A DNA stretch of 64,000 nt from an uncultured Actinomycetota bacterium (GCA_963834425.1 CAWIBR010000011.1:3308-67307); one strand, 5' to 3'; positions 1 to 10,456 are shown, counted from the stretch's first letter. Numbers and translations are program-made. Notes: generated by a model from the letters alone, not told the origin.

Positions 1-955
1 CGTAGTCGTCGTGCTCGAACGAGAACGGCAGGGCGAAGGCGACCTCGTCGACCTCGCGGAAGGCGGCGTGGGCATAGAGCTGCTCGGCGATCTGGTCCGA
101 CGAGCCGATCAGGTCGCGGGCGAACATCATCCGCGCCGGGCCTTGCGGCGCAGCGGTTCTCGGGGTCCGCGACTCGACGTACTGCTCGTATCTCGCTCGT
201 TGCTCTGCGGACGCGCTGTCGGTCGGGATGACCACGAGGCCCTGCGAGACGCGGGCGGCCGCGCCGTCTGGATGATGCTCCCGGAAGAGCCGGATGTGCG
301 AGCGCTGGATCTCGGCGAAGTCCTCTGACTGCTCGGCCCGGACCACGCTGCTCGTGAGGAAGTTCAACCGGTGCTCGCCCGCCCACTGCGCCGACCGCAG
401 ACCGGCGCCGCCGTACCAGAGCCGGCCGGCCAGGCCGGGGGAGTGCGGCTCGACCCGGCTGGAGAACTCCTCGATGCCGACCGTGCCCTGGAACGGGCTG
501 ACCGACTCGCCGCGGACCATCCGCAGGAGCCGCTCGACCCGCTCGTAGCTGAAGTCCTCGAGCTCCGCGGTGTCCGGGTAGAGCGCGTCCTTGACGTCGT
601 CCCAACGCATTGGCGGGCCGACGCTGAAGCCGGGGTTGAGCCGGCCGCCGGAGAGCAGGTCGACGGTCGCGAGGTCCTCGGCCAGTCGGAGCGGGTTCTC
701 CCAGCCCAACGGGATCACCGCCGTGCCGAGCTCGATCCGGTGAGTGCGCTGGGAAGCGGCGGCGAGTACGGCGATCGGCGAGGAGATGCCGAACTGCAGA
801 TGGCGATGCCGCACCCAGGCGCTGTCGAAGCCGAGCTGCTCGCCGAGCTGGATCACCTGCAGGGTCGACTCGTGCCCAGGTCCGGGATCGTTGCCGTCGA
901 ACAGGCCGATGGTCAGGAAGCCCAGCTTGCGCAACGGGCGCGAGGGGTCGGGCAC
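1..955 (-). CDS. LLM-class (luciferase-like) flavin-dependent oxidoreductase, runs off the window edge
   Basis: Not in the ORF track. Manual translation from GTG at 955 after GGAGG: VPDPSRPLRKLGFLTIGLFD...GEQLGFDSAWVRHRHLQFGISSPIAVLAAASQRTHRIELGTAVIPLGWENPLRLAEDLATVDLLSGGRL, a typical LLM motif set. Confidence 0.9.
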   Translation of the reverse strand, partial: MPDPSRPLRKLGFLTIGLFDGNDPGPGHESTLQVIQLGEQLGFDSAWVRHRHLQFGISSPIAVLAAASQRTHRIELGTAVIPLGWENPLRLAEDLATVDLLSGGRLNPGFSVGPPMRWDDVKDALYPDTAELEDFSYERVERLLRMVRGESVSPFQGTVGIEEFSSRVEPHSPGLAGRLWYGGAGLRSAQWAGEHRLNFLTSSVVRAEQSEDFAEIQRSHIRLFREHHPDGAAARVSQGLVVIPTDSASAEQRARYEQYVESRTPRTAAPQGPARMMFARDLIGSSDQIAEQLYAHAAFREVDEVAFALPFSFEHDDY

Positions 956-1120
956 GGGTCCTCCGTCTCGTGGCGGCCTGCGGGCGCTTCTGCTGTCGAT
1001 CTCGGCGACGATCCTGTCATCGCCGACGGCGACGGAACGGTGAGACCCCGATGATCGGCCCTCGCGTTGGCCGCGGGATGCGAGAGGCCTAATGTGCGAA
1101 GAGACCGAGGAGGTTTTCGC

Positions 1121-1924
1121 ATGAGCTGGACGACCAAACCCACCGTCATCTTCATCCACGGGCTGTGGCTGCACCCGCTGTCCTGGCAGCCCTGGATCGA
1201 GCTGTTCGACAAGCACGGCTACCCGGCCTCTGCCCCCGGCTGGCCCGGGGTGGCCGACACCGTGGAGGAGACGCGGGCCCATCCGAACGACCTGGCCAAT
1301 CGCGGCATCGAAGAGGTCACCGATCACTACCGCCAGCTGATCTCGGGGATGGATCGGCTGCCGATCCTCGTCGGCCACTCCTTCGGTGGGATGGTCGCCG
1401 AGAAGCTGCTGCGCGAGGAGCAGGCGGTCGCGGCGATCGGCATCGACGCCGCGCAATCCAAAGGCGTGCTGCCCCAACCGCTTTCGACGCTGTACTCACA
1501 GCTGCCGGTCTTCAAGGACCCGGCTGCCCGGCACGCGGCGATCGCCTTGAGCAGCGAACAGTTCCGCTCCGGCTTCGGCACCGCCATCGACGCGCAGGAG
1601 TCCGACGAGCTCTGGGAGCGGTGGGGCATCCCCGCGCCCGGCCGGCCCCTGTTCGAGGCCGCGGCGACCACGGCCTCCGGGGAGTCGCCGGCCGAGCTCG
1701 CAGCCGAGAGCACCACCCGGGAGCCGCTGCTGCTGGTCCTCAGTGGACCGGACGACTCGGTCGCTCACGCGATCGTCAAGGCCGCCGCGAAGCGGTCGAA
1801 GCACTCCCGGGCCGAGACCGACGTGCTGGAGTACGTCGACCGCGGGCACTCACTGACCATCGACCACGGCTGGGAGGACGTGGCGGGCGACTGCCTCACC
1901 TGGCTGGATCAGCAAGGCCGGTGA
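1121..1924 (+). CDS. Alpha/beta hydrolase
   Basis: ATG after GAGGAGG; FIHGLW oxyanion motif, GHSFGG nucleophile elbow, C-terminal RGHSL histidine. Confidence 0.88.
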   Translation: MSWTTKPTVIFIHGLWLHPLSWQPWIELFDKHGYPASAPGWPGVADTVEETRAHPNDLANRGIEEVTDHYRQLISGMDRLPILVGHSFGGMVAEKLLREEQAVAAIGIDAAQSKGVLPQPLSTLYSQLPVFKDPAARHAAIALSSEQFRSGFGTAIDAQESDELWERWGIPAPGRPLFEAAATTASGESPAELAAESTTREPLLLVLSGPDDSVAHAIVKAAAKRSKHSRAETDVLEYVDRGHSLTIDHGWEDVAGDCLTWLDQQGR

Positions 1925-2043
1925 GGCTCTAGGGACGCCGGCCACCACCGGGTGGCGCCTCACCCGCTGGGGATGAGGTGGGCGCTGCGATGCCGCGGGC
2001 ATGCTGGACCCGTCCCACTACTGCGTCCGAGGTGGAGGGTCCC

Positions 2044-2530
2044 ATGCGGACAGGTTCCGGTCACCGAGCGCCCTGGGCTGCGCTCGCTGCCATGGCGCTG
2101 CTGGCGATGCTTGCCGCTGCTCGCGGCTTGCGGTTCGGCCTCGACTCCGAGCGCCAGCCAACCGGCGTCGACGAGCTCGTCGGCCAGCTCGACGGCCACG
2201 CCGGCGGGTTGCGCGGACGTGGCGGCCTTGAAGTCCGCCGTCGACCAGCTCACCCAGGTCAAGCCGTTGCAGGACGGCCTGACCGCGCTGCAGACGGCGA
2301 TCGCCAACGTCAAGACGAGCCTGGACGCGGCGACCGCTTCCGCCTCGGCCGCGTTGCAGCCCGCCGTGGCCCAGGTCAAGACGGCGTTTGACGGGCTGGA
2401 GTCGGCGGCGAGTGGACTGACCAAGGGCAACCTGGTCGCCAAGGCGCCGTCGATCAGCGCGGCCCTGTCCCAGCTCGGCACCGCGGTGAAGGCGCTCGAC
2501 ACCACCCTGACCCAGACCTGCCCGGCGTGA
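2044..2530 (+). CDS. Putative lipoprotein (frameshift near 2110)
   Basis: RBS GGAGGG, then MRTGSGHRAPWAALAAMALLAM continues in another frame as LPLLAAC-GSASTPS (lipobox), followed by a Ser/Thr linker and an Ala-rich helical domain. Confidence 0.65.
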
Positions 2531-3705
2531 TCGCCGTACGACATCGGGGCGGGTGGCCGCTCGGGCCGGCGGTTGTCGTCGGCTCAGTGGTGTCCGTGCT
2601 GATGACCGGGTTGGTGCTGTCCGGCTGCAGCGGCAGCAGCTCGGGCGACAGCGCGACGCGTCTGGCTCAGGCCAAGGTGACGGTCAAACAGCGCGCGCTG
2701 GATGACGCGCAGGCGGCCGCAACGGCGAAGGTGAACGAGTTCTGTACGGCGAGCGCGTCGTACATCACGGCCCTCGACCGCTACGGCGACGTCCTCGACC
2801 AGAGCGCCGTCACCGTCGGGGACGTCACGGAGGCCGGAAAGGACCTCAAGGAACCGGCTTCGGATGCGGCGAGTGCCGGCGAAGCGGCGGCGGCCGCCCG
2901 AGAGGACCTGGCCACGGCCGAGCAGGAGCTCGCGGAGGCGAAGGCAGCGCTCGCAGCGCTCCAGTCATCCGGATCGGCCTCGGGATCGGCCTCCCCGGCC
3001 TCGGCCAGTGCGTCGCCGACCGTCAGCCCGACTCCGGCCGGCCCCAGCGAGACGGTGACGCGGGTCAAGCAGGCCGAGGATGACTTCGCCACCGCGCAGC
3101 GCGGAGTCACCGACTCCACGCCGTTGCGGCAAGCGGCCCAGCAGTTCAACGCCGCCGCGGTCGCAGTCGAGATGGCCTGGTTGCAGCTCTTCGCCGAGAC
3201 CGGTTGCCTCAGCGGCGATCAGGAGGAGAAGGCGCAGGCAGCGGTGCACGACTACACCGCCGCATTGCAGCAGGCGCTGACCGATGCCGGCTACTACAAG
3301 GGCAAGGTCGACGGCGTCTATGGGCCCTCCACCCTGGAGGCGGTGCAGAAGCTGCAGAAGACCCACGGCCTGCCCGTGACCGGCTGGGTGGACAAGGCCA
3401 CCCAGTCGGCGTTGCAGTCCGACCTGGCCGCCAAGGGCGGGGCGGCGGCCCAGGAAGCGGTGGCCTCGACAGCCGCTCTCCAGCAGACGCTCAAGCTGGC
3501 CGGCTTCTGGGACGGACCGGTCGATGGGCAATGGACGCCGGCGCTCACCGAAGCCCTGAAGTCGTTCCAGACCAAGCTCGGCGTGCCGGCCACCGGGGCT
3601 GTGGATGCTGCGACGATCGCCGCGGTCGAGAAGGCCATCTCAGCCGCTCAGTCTCCCTCGCCGCCGAGCCCTTCCGGGTCCGCGAGCTCGTCCACCAGCG
3701 GCTGA
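2527..3705 (+). CDS. Lipoprotein with two peptidoglycan-binding (PG_binding_1-like) domains
   Basis: LSGC lipobox; two repeats LQQALTDAGYYKGKVDGVYGPST...GLPVTG and LQQTLKLAGFWDGPVDGQWTP...GVPATG; GTGA overlap with the upstream gene. Confidence 0.85.
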   Translation: MIAVRHRGGWPLGPAVVVGSVVSVLMTGLVLSGCSGSSSGDSATRLAQAKVTVKQRALDDAQAAATAKVNEFCTASASYITALDRYGDVLDQSAVTVGDVTEAGKDLKEPASDAASAGEAAAAAREDLATAEQELAEAKAALAALQSSGSASGSASPASASASPTVSPTPAGPSETVTRVKQAEDDFATAQRGVTDSTPLRQAAQQFNAAAVAVEMAWLQLFAETGCLSGDQEEKAQAAVHDYTAALQQALTDAGYYKGKVDGVYGPSTLEAVQKLQKTHGLPVTGWVDKATQSALQSDLAAKGGAAAQEAVASTAALQQTLKLAGFWDGPVDGQWTPALTEALKSFQTKLGVPATGAVDAATIAAVEKAISAAQSPSPPSPSGSASSSTSG

Positions 3706-3745
3706 GGAGTCGTCGGACGTCCGCCGGTCTGGGGAGCGAAACCCG

Positions 3746-4462
3746 TTACGTCAGAGCGGTTTCCGGTGTCCCGGCGCGGAACGAGGCGAGCAGGATCTGC
3801 ACGCTGAGCAGGAAGACCCAGGCGGGGAACAGGGCAGCCACCCAGGCTGTCCGGGGCGGTGCCAGCAGCAGCAGCACGGCCACGACGAGGCCGATCGCCT
3901 GGAGCCAGCGGGGGACCACCGCCGTGCGCCGCCCGAGGTTCGTGACGACCAGCGTGAAGACGGCGGCCATCCGGATGCCGAACGTCTCCAACAACACCAG
4001 GCTGGTCGAGCTGAGCAGCCGCACCTCCTCCGGCGGCACCCGGCCGGGGCTGTTGTAGAGCACCAGCAGGGCCCCGAGGCTGGCCGCGGCGGTGAACAAC
4101 ATCGCCACGAACAGCAGGCCGGAGCCCAGGAACACGGTCGCGAAGAACTTGTCCTCGCGGTCGCCGATCCGGGCGCGGATCACCCCGATGAACCACAGGA
4201 AGGCGATGCCGGCGTAAGGCACCAGGGCCAACGCCCATCTCATCTCGTTGCGCCGGCCGGACTCGGTGATCCAGCGACCCTGGTCGCCTTGTTTGGGCAG
4301 GGCTGAGTGGAGCAGCACGACCACGATGGTCAGGATCACCGCGAAGACGATGCCGGCGACGGCGGCCGCCCGAGGCGTGCGCAACTCGGCCGCGAGTCGC
4401 TCCTCTCGTCCGGGGAGTGGCGCGGAGGGGACGGACGAGGGACCTGCCGGGGGCTGGCTCAC
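3746..4462 (-). CDS. Hypothetical integral membrane protein
   Basis: 238 aa with about 6 hydrophobic segments. Confidence 0.75.
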   Translation of the reverse strand: MSQPPAGPSSVPSAPLPGREERLAAELRTPRAAAVAGIVFAVILTIVVVLLHSALPKQGDQGRWITESGRRNEMRWALALVPYAGIAFLWFIGVIRARIGDREDKFFATVFLGSGLLFVAMLFTAAASLGALLVLYNSPGRVPPEEVRLLSSTSLVLLETFGIRMAAVFTLVVTNLGRRTAVVPRWLQAIGLVVAVLLLLAPPRTAWVAALFPAWVFLLSVQILLASFRAGTPETALT

Positions 4463-4670
4463 CCGCCAGTTCTAGCGCGTTCTCCGGCGCAACGGAATGC
4501 GGTTGCTCCCTTCCTCGCGCGGTGCTCCCGCTCCGACGGTGATCCGGGCCATCGAGAGGCCGGATCACCGTCGTTCGGGGAGCACGGGTTGGCCATCGAC
4601 GCGTGAGAGGCTCGGCCCATGTGGACCTGGGCCCGGCTCTCGACGTGAGCCGGCCCTGGCCCATCACCCG

Positions 4671-5345
4671 ATGAGCCCGCCGTACTGGATCGCCGTGGCG
4701 ATCCTCGCCGCGCTGGGCGGCGGCCTCACGGTCGCGGCTCGGCTGCACCCCGGAGCCTGGACCTTCACCGCGGCGCGCATCCTCGGCGCCGTCCTCGCGG
4801 TGGACTGGGTGACCTCGATCGTCCGGCCGATCGCCGAGGGCACGTTCACCGTGAAGGCCTCCCTGCCGTTGTCGTTGTGCGACGTGGCCCTGGTCATCGC
4901 GGCGTTCGCCTGCTGGCTGCCTTCGCGCGCTCTGCTGGTCGAGCTGACCTACTTCTGGGGCTTGGCCGGCAGCTTGCAAGGCGTCCTCACGCCGGACCTG
5001 ACCCAGCGCTTCCCCGAGCTGCAGTTCTTCGTCTACGTCGTCGGCCATGTCGGGATCGTCACCGCCGCCATCTACCTGGTCGTCGGGTTGCGCTGCCGGC
5101 CTCGACCGGGCGCGGTCTGGCGGATCTGGTTCCTGACCCTCGGGTACGCCGCGGTCGTGGGCGCCGTCGACTGGGCGACCGGCGCCGACTACATGTTCCT
5201 GCGGGCCAAGCCGTCGACGGCGTCGCTGCTCTCCGTCCTCGGGCCGTGGCCCTGGTACATCGCGGGTGCCGCGGTCCTGGCGCTCCTCGTGGTGACCGCC
5301 CTCGATGCGCCCTTCTGGCGGGGTCGGCGGGTCCGGACCAACTAG
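4671..5345 (+). CDS. YwaF/TMEM164-like integral membrane protein
   Basis: LPLSLCD, YFWGLAG..QGVLTPD, GH, DYMFL..KP and LGPWPWYI motifs. Confidence 0.82.
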   Translation: MSPPYWIAVAILAALGGGLTVAARLHPGAWTFTAARILGAVLAVDWVTSIVRPIAEGTFTVKASLPLSLCDVALVIAAFACWLPSRALLVELTYFWGLAGSLQGVLTPDLTQRFPELQFFVYVVGHVGIVTAAIYLVVGLRCRPRPGAVWRIWFLTLGYAAVVGAVDWATGADYMFLRAKPSTASLLSVLGPWPWYIAGAAVLALLVVTALDAPFWRGRRVRTN

Positions 5346-5912
5346 TACCCGTACCCGTTGCCGGTTGGAGTCGTGGGGTGCCGCCAGGGATGGCGCCGGG
5401 GTCGGCGCCGCGCCCTCGAGGGGGAGGTCGGGCGTGGCGACGAAGAAGTCCTGCACGCCCTGGCCGGTCACGTGCCCGGGGCTGTCCTGGACGAAGGTGT
5501 AGAGGAAATGGCCGTTGTAGCTCACCTGGCGGCCGTTGCTGGTGCTGACTGACCGCAGCATGCCCGTCGCGCCGGCCGCCGTCGGGCTCGTGGCGACGAG
5601 GGGTGGCCAGAGCGCCGCGAGCTGGCCGCTGACGCGTGAGCTCGTCGGCGTATCCGGTTGATAGGTGTACAGGGGAAGCCCTTTGGCGTCCTCCAGGATG
5701 GCCTCGGGCGTTCCGTGTACGGGGACAGTGGCCAGCTGCACCGTGGCCGCACCCGAGCTGGGTTGTCCTCCGATCGAGGGTGAGCCCGACTCGGTGGCTG
5801 CGGCCGGATAGCGCGGCGACGATGGGCCGGCCGCAGCCGCGATCGTGACGCCGCCGACGGCGGCAGCGACCGCGACGGTGACGGCTGCAGCGGTGATGCG
5901 TGGGTGTCGCAT
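5342..5912 (-). CDS. Secreted COG4315/Lipoprotein_15-repeat protein (probable frameshift near the C-terminus)
   Basis: Signal peptide MRHPRITAAAVTVAVAAA; repeats GLPLYTYQPD...LWPP and RQVSYNGHFLYTFVQD.PG.VTGQG; an alternative frame ends TTPTGNGYGY* at 5342. Confidence 0.78.
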
Positions 5913-5960
5913 GGTTCCTCTTTCGATGGGTACGTAGGGGAGTTCACGGTTGTGTCGAGA

Positions 5961-5979
5961 GATACGCACCCGGGTTACG
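5961..5979 (-). promoter_or_regulatory. Putative regulatory motif CGTAACC-N6-CGTATC upstream of the COG4315 gene
   Basis: 15/19 identity with the site at 9381-9399 upstream of the nearby ECF sigma gene. Confidence 0.45.
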
Positions 5980-6067
5980 GCGGCGGGTTCCGTTGTGCCG
6001 CGGCGTATCCCGCTCCGTATGGCTCGAGGAACACCTCATCGGAGACAGTCACTGAAGGAGAAGGACG

Positions 6068-6637
6068 ATGACGACGCAGACATCCTCGATTGACCCGGGA
6101 AGCCGCGCAGGTTCGCCGGTCCCGGTCGGCAGCTGGCGAGTCGACCCGGCCCGGTCGAGCGCCGCGTTCCGGACCGGACTCGCCGGCCGCAGGGTCGAAG
6201 GTCGTCTGCCGCTGATCGGCGGTGCGGTCGTCACCCCGTCCCTCGAGGACTCGACGGCCGAGCTCGTCGCGATGACCGAGGGAGTCCGGACGGGCCATGG
6301 CCTGATCGACGGCCTGCTCGCGAGTCCGAACTTCCTTGACGCTGAGGCGTTTCCGGCAATCGTCTTCCGGTCCGACCTGCTGGTCCGGGTGCCCACTGGT
6401 TGGCGGGCGGTCGGGCTGCTCCGCGTCAAGGGCACCGACCATCCCCTCGCCTGCGAGCTCGACGTCGCGCCGAGTCGACTCGGGGCCCGAGCTGCCCGGG
6501 TCAGGCTCACCACGCGGTGGGTGATCGACTCGAGCTGGATCACGACTCAGCGGATCCCGGGCCTGAGCCGACGAATCGCCATGACCTGCGCCGTTGAGCT
6601 GGATCGGGTGGGTCCCGTCACTGGGGTAGCCGCCTGA
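6068..6637 (+). CDS. YceI family protein
   Basis: Strong RBS AAGGAG; GSWRVDPARSSAAF, NFLDAEAFPAIVFRS and GLLRVKGT motifs. Confidence 0.82.
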   Translation: MTTQTSSIDPGSRAGSPVPVGSWRVDPARSSAAFRTGLAGRRVEGRLPLIGGAVVTPSLEDSTAELVAMTEGVRTGHGLIDGLLASPNFLDAEAFPAIVFRSDLLVRVPTGWRAVGLLRVKGTDHPLACELDVAPSRLGARAARVRLTTRWVIDSSWITTQRIPGLSRRIAMTCAVELDRVGPVTGVAA

Positions 6638-6744
6638 AACCGTTGGGGCGTATGGGGTTTCGCGGTCGTGAAAGTTCACCGGATGATCACATCCGGGCCC
6701 TGATCCGGGCCTGGACTGTCGGTGGCTGCGTCTAGGTTCGGGAC

Positions 6745-8033
6745 ATGTCCAGCAGGGGACGGCCAGAAGCAACGGCTCGGCCGAGTCGAACGCCTCGAAC
6801 GTTGACGAGGCGTTCGAGCTGATCGAGCGCGGCCTGGACCTCCTCACCGCCGGCCTCCGACCGGCCCCTGGTGGCAGCTCAGCGGCGAGCGACCAGTTCG
6901 CCGCGGGCGCGATCAGCGCCGCCCACGCCGGGGTCGTGGTCCGCACCATCGACGCCCTGGAACACCAGCCCGAACCCGTCGACCCGACCACCCGCAGCGA
7001 AGTTCAGGAGTTGCTGCTGGCCACCGCGCACGAGGTGGACCCAGCCCAGCTCGGCCGCGCCGGGCAGCGCGCCCGGCACCGCCTGGACCCGCACGCCGCC
7101 GAACGCCTGGCCAAGGACGAGGACGCCCAAGCGGACGCGCGGACCGCCTACCTCGTTGAAGAACGCTCCGGCATGGTCCTGCTCCACGCTCTGCTCCCAC
7201 CGGTGCAGGGCGCCCTGCTCCGAGCCGCCATCGACCCCCTGGCCGCGCCCCACCCTGCAGCCGACGGCACTCCCGACGGCCGCACCTCCGGCAAACGCAC
7301 CGCCGACGTCCTCGTCGCGCTGGCCGAACTCGCCCTCGCCGCCCGGATCGGCACTCGCGGCGCACTACCCTCGCGGGCCGGCTCACCCATCCGCTGTCAT
7401 CTGACCGCCGACCTGAGCACGATGCTCGCCGACCTGGCCCGACGCGGCGGCCAAGCCGGTGCCCCACTCGCCCGGATCGACAATGGCGACCCGGGCGGCG
7501 TTGACGTCTCCCCACTCACGGCGCAGACCCTGGCCTGCGATGCCGAAACCATCCCGATCCTGCTGGACGACGATGGGCGGGTCCTCGATGTCGGCACCAC
7601 GATCTACCCCTTCCCGCCCCGGATCCGAAGAGCCATCGAGCACCGGGACCGGCACTGCACCTTCCCGTCCTGCTCGGCCCTGCCTTCCTGGTGCCACGCG
7701 CATCACCTGATCCGATTTCCGGACGGGCCGACGTCCGAAGCCAACGGCACGCTCCTGTGCGGCCGGCACCATCGATTCGTGCATGCCCACGGCTGGGTCG
7801 GCCGGCTCGAGGACGGCCACGTCGTCTGGCGGGCCCGCGGACCGGACGACCCCGACCGGGCAACCAACGCGCACCTCGAGGTGTACGAGCGCGAACTCCG
7901 TCGGCTCACCCAGCGTTGGCTTCGGCGACGTGAGGCCTCGATGACACCGGATAGCAGACGGACAGGACACCGATTAGCAGGCGGACAGGACACCGGATCG
8001 CAGGCGACGAGGAGAAGCAGCCGCGTCAGCTGA
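6745..8033 (+). CDS. DUF222 + HNH endonuclease (13E12-repeat-like), probably degenerate
   Basis: LACDA, RRAIEHRDRHCTFPSC...CHAHH...GPT...NGTLLCGRHHRFVH; the frame is open upstream of 6936, but the ATG at 6745 is one base out of frame. Confidence 0.8.
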
Positions 8034-8745
8034 ATGTGGCTGCGGCGACCGAGGATCCGGAGGTGTCGACGAGCCGCGCCCCGCGCAGGTCGCCGACATT
8101 GACGCCGCCGATCTGCTTCGAGAACGTCCCGACGCCGTCCCTTACGTCGAAGGTCCCGAAGGCCACCGTCGTGCCGTCGGCCACCTGCAAGGTGCACTCG
8201 ATCCGCCCTTGGTAGCCGGGGACGTCGACGTTCATGGACACCCACGACGGATGCCCGCGATAGGCGACGATCTGGCCCAGGACCCGACCGTCCGTCGTCT
8301 GGAAGGTCGCCGTCCGCAGCTCGGTGCCGTGCGGGACGCGAGCCGATGCCGCCGGCGCGGCTGCCACTCCTTGGAGACTCTCGGTGGCGACCGCGGTCCC
8401 GGTGACGAGCACCCCGGCCGCCGCAGCCGCGACCAGGGCGATCCGGGCCCGATGCGTCCGGCCGAGGCGGCTCCCCGGGCGACTCGCCGGGCGGTTCTCG
8501 GTGCGGGCCGCCGGGTGGACGGCCGGGGTGGTCACGGTCGGCCGCTCGGCCGCGGCCTCCGCGCTCAGCCGCTGGAACAGACCCTCCACGAACGCCTCGT
8601 CGGGAGCGGCCTCCCCGGGGCGGGCGGCCCGCAGCGCAAGGGCGACGCGCACCACCTCCACATCGTCGGCCTCCGCGGCGTACGCCGAAGGACGACGGCC
8701 GGCGGCGATCGCGTCCAGGTGGGTGGACAGGCGGCGGCTGGTCAT
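8026..8745 (-). CDS. Single-TM putative anti-sigma/ECF-associated protein
   Basis: ATGA overlap with the sigma gene; N-terminal cytoplasmic part, TM segment (IALVAAAAAGVLVTG), extracellular beta domain. Confidence 0.65.
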   Translation of the reverse strand: MTSRRLSTHLDAIAAGRRPSAYAAEADDVEVVRVALALRAARPGEAAPDEAFVEGLFQRLSAEAAAERPTVTTPAVHPAARTENRPASRPGSRLGRTHRARIALVAAAAAGVLVTGTAVATESLQGVAAAPAASARVPHGTELRTATFQTTDGRVLGQIVAYRGHPSWVSMNVDVPGYQGRIECTLQVADGTTVAFGTFDVRDGVGTFSKQIGGVNVGDLRGARLVDTSGSSVAAATFS

Positions 8746-9308
8746 TGGCCCAGCTCCGCCGCGACCTTCGCGGCCATCCGCAAAGCTCGATGCTGCAAAA
8801 CCTTCGCGTTGCCGACGCTGATCTGCATCGCCTGCGCCGCCTCCTTGATCGAACATGCCTCCAGGAAGCGCAGCTCCAGGATCCGCCGGTAGCGGTCGGG
8901 GAGCGCGCCCAGGATCCGCGCGGCTCGTGCCGGCGCATCGCTGACCGGCTCCGTTCCGACCGGTCCAGCCGGCGCGGCCAGGTAGGCCAGGTCGGTCTCC
9001 GGGTCGATCAGCGTGACCGGTCGGCCCAAGCGGCGTCGCCAGTACGACGCGAGCACCGTCCGGGCCGTGGCCAGCAGGTACGACCGCACCTCGCCCTTCG
9101 ATGCGGTGAGCCGCAAGGGGCGGAGCGCGGTGGTGAAGACCTCAGCGGTGAGGTCCTCGGCGTCGGCGCGGTTGCCGACCCGTGCGTACATCAGCCGGTA
9201 GAGCCGGTCGACGTTGTCCCGGTACGCCGACTCCCAGTCGCCGTACGCGTCGTCGTCGACCAGGCGCAGGAACGGGACGTCCCTGCTGCTCCGCGCCGCC
9301 TGTGTCAT
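8742..9308 (-). CDS. ECF RNA polymerase sigma factor
   Basis: Region 2 DAEDLTAEVF; region 4 LPDRYRRILELRFLEACSIKEAA...VGNAKVLQHRAL. Confidence 0.9.
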   Translation of the reverse strand: MTQAARSSRDVPFLRLVDDDAYGDWESAYRDNVDRLYRLMYARVGNRADAEDLTAEVFTTALRPLRLTASKGEVRSYLLATARTVLASYWRRRLGRPVTLIDPETDLAYLAAPAGPVGTEPVSDAPARAARILGALPDRYRRILELRFLEACSIKEAAQAMQISVGNAKVLQHRALRMAAKVAAELGQ

Positions 9309-9380
9309 GTCCGCTCTCGAGGTCGAGGCGTCCGCCGGGCACTGCGGTGCCCGACGGACGCTGTGGTTGCGTCATGGATA

Positions 9381-9399
9381 GGTACGCGACCTGGTTACG
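9381..9399 (-). promoter_or_regulatory. Putative regulatory motif CGTAACC-N6-CGTACC upstream of the ECF sigma gene
   Basis: Near copy of the site at 5961-5979. Confidence 0.45.
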
Positions 9400-9401
9400 C
9401 A

Positions 9402-10335
9402 CTAGCTGGCTCCAGCGTTCGCGAGGGCCTCATCCGGGTAGGCGACGAAGGCGAAGCGCGTGCTGTCGGGTGACCAGCTGTTGACGTTGATCGTGCCTTG
9501 GCCGCCGAAGAGCGGGTAGCGCTGCACGGGCACCGACCAGTCGGACGTCGCGACCACCCGCACCTCCACGTCGAGGTCGGCCGGATGACCCTGCGTGCCG
9601 GCCGGGAAGGCGATGTAGCTCGCCCACTGCCCGTCGGGAGAGAGGTGCGGGAACCAGTCGACCGTGTCGCTGGCGACCAGCCGCTCGACGGGCCCGAATC
9701 CTCGGTCGCCGCCATCCGGGATGCGCGCCAGCTGGGCGTGGCCGGGGGCCTGCGTGAAACGTCTCGGTGTTGAGGTAGATCCAGCGGCCGTCCGGGGACC
9801 ATTCCGGCCCGTCCAGATGGCCCCGGCCGACCTCGACGACGGTCGTTGGGCCGCCCAGGGCGAGGATCGCGAGCCGGCCGGGCTCGGCGAAGTCGCCGAT
9901 CCGGACGTAGGCCAGCCGCTGCCCGTCCGGCGCGACGCCGTGCAGGAAGTGCCAGACGCCTTCATCGGTCGTGACCCGCTGCACCGGGCCGCCGGTGAGG
10001 GCGCCGCGATAGATGTGGCCGTCCATCGCCGAGGCGTAGATGTGCTCGCCGTCGGGGTCGAGCACGTGGTCGTTGTTGAGCTCGGGCAGCCCGTCGAAGT
10101 CGATCCGCACGAGCTCGCTGTGCGATTTTCCCGGGAGCTCGCGGCTCGGCGTACCGAGGTCGAGTCGCCACAGCTGCCCGTGTCCGTTGAGGTAAAGGGC
10201 TCGCCCGTCCAGCGACCAGTTCGGCGCCTCGATCAGCATCTCGCCGGTCTCGAAGACCAGCTCGGGGTCCGAAATCCCTGGCCCACCAAGGAAAACCTGG
10301 GCGCGCTGCCCGTCAGCGAGCGTCCGGTAGGTCAT
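9402..10335 (-). CDS. TolB-like PD40 beta-propeller protein (frameshift near 9760)
   Basis: Repeats EAPNWSLDG, DGPEWSPDGRWIY, WFPHLSPDG and NVNSWSPDS across two frames. Confidence 0.82.
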
Positions 10336-10456
10336 GGCCACAGCGGCAACTCCTCGTCACGACGGCGCTCACCACCGTAGGGCACGACCCGGCAGTGTGA
10401 TCTCGCTGTAACACGACGGCCTCTAGCCTCGGCCTAGCCAGTCGCGGAGGTGTGCC

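Noticed and set aside
3648-5969. 773 aa ORF and many other long Arg/Pro/Gly-rich ORFs
   Set aside because: These are shadow or antisense frames typical of high-GC DNA and overlap better-supported genes; only 5342-5912 of this one is credible.
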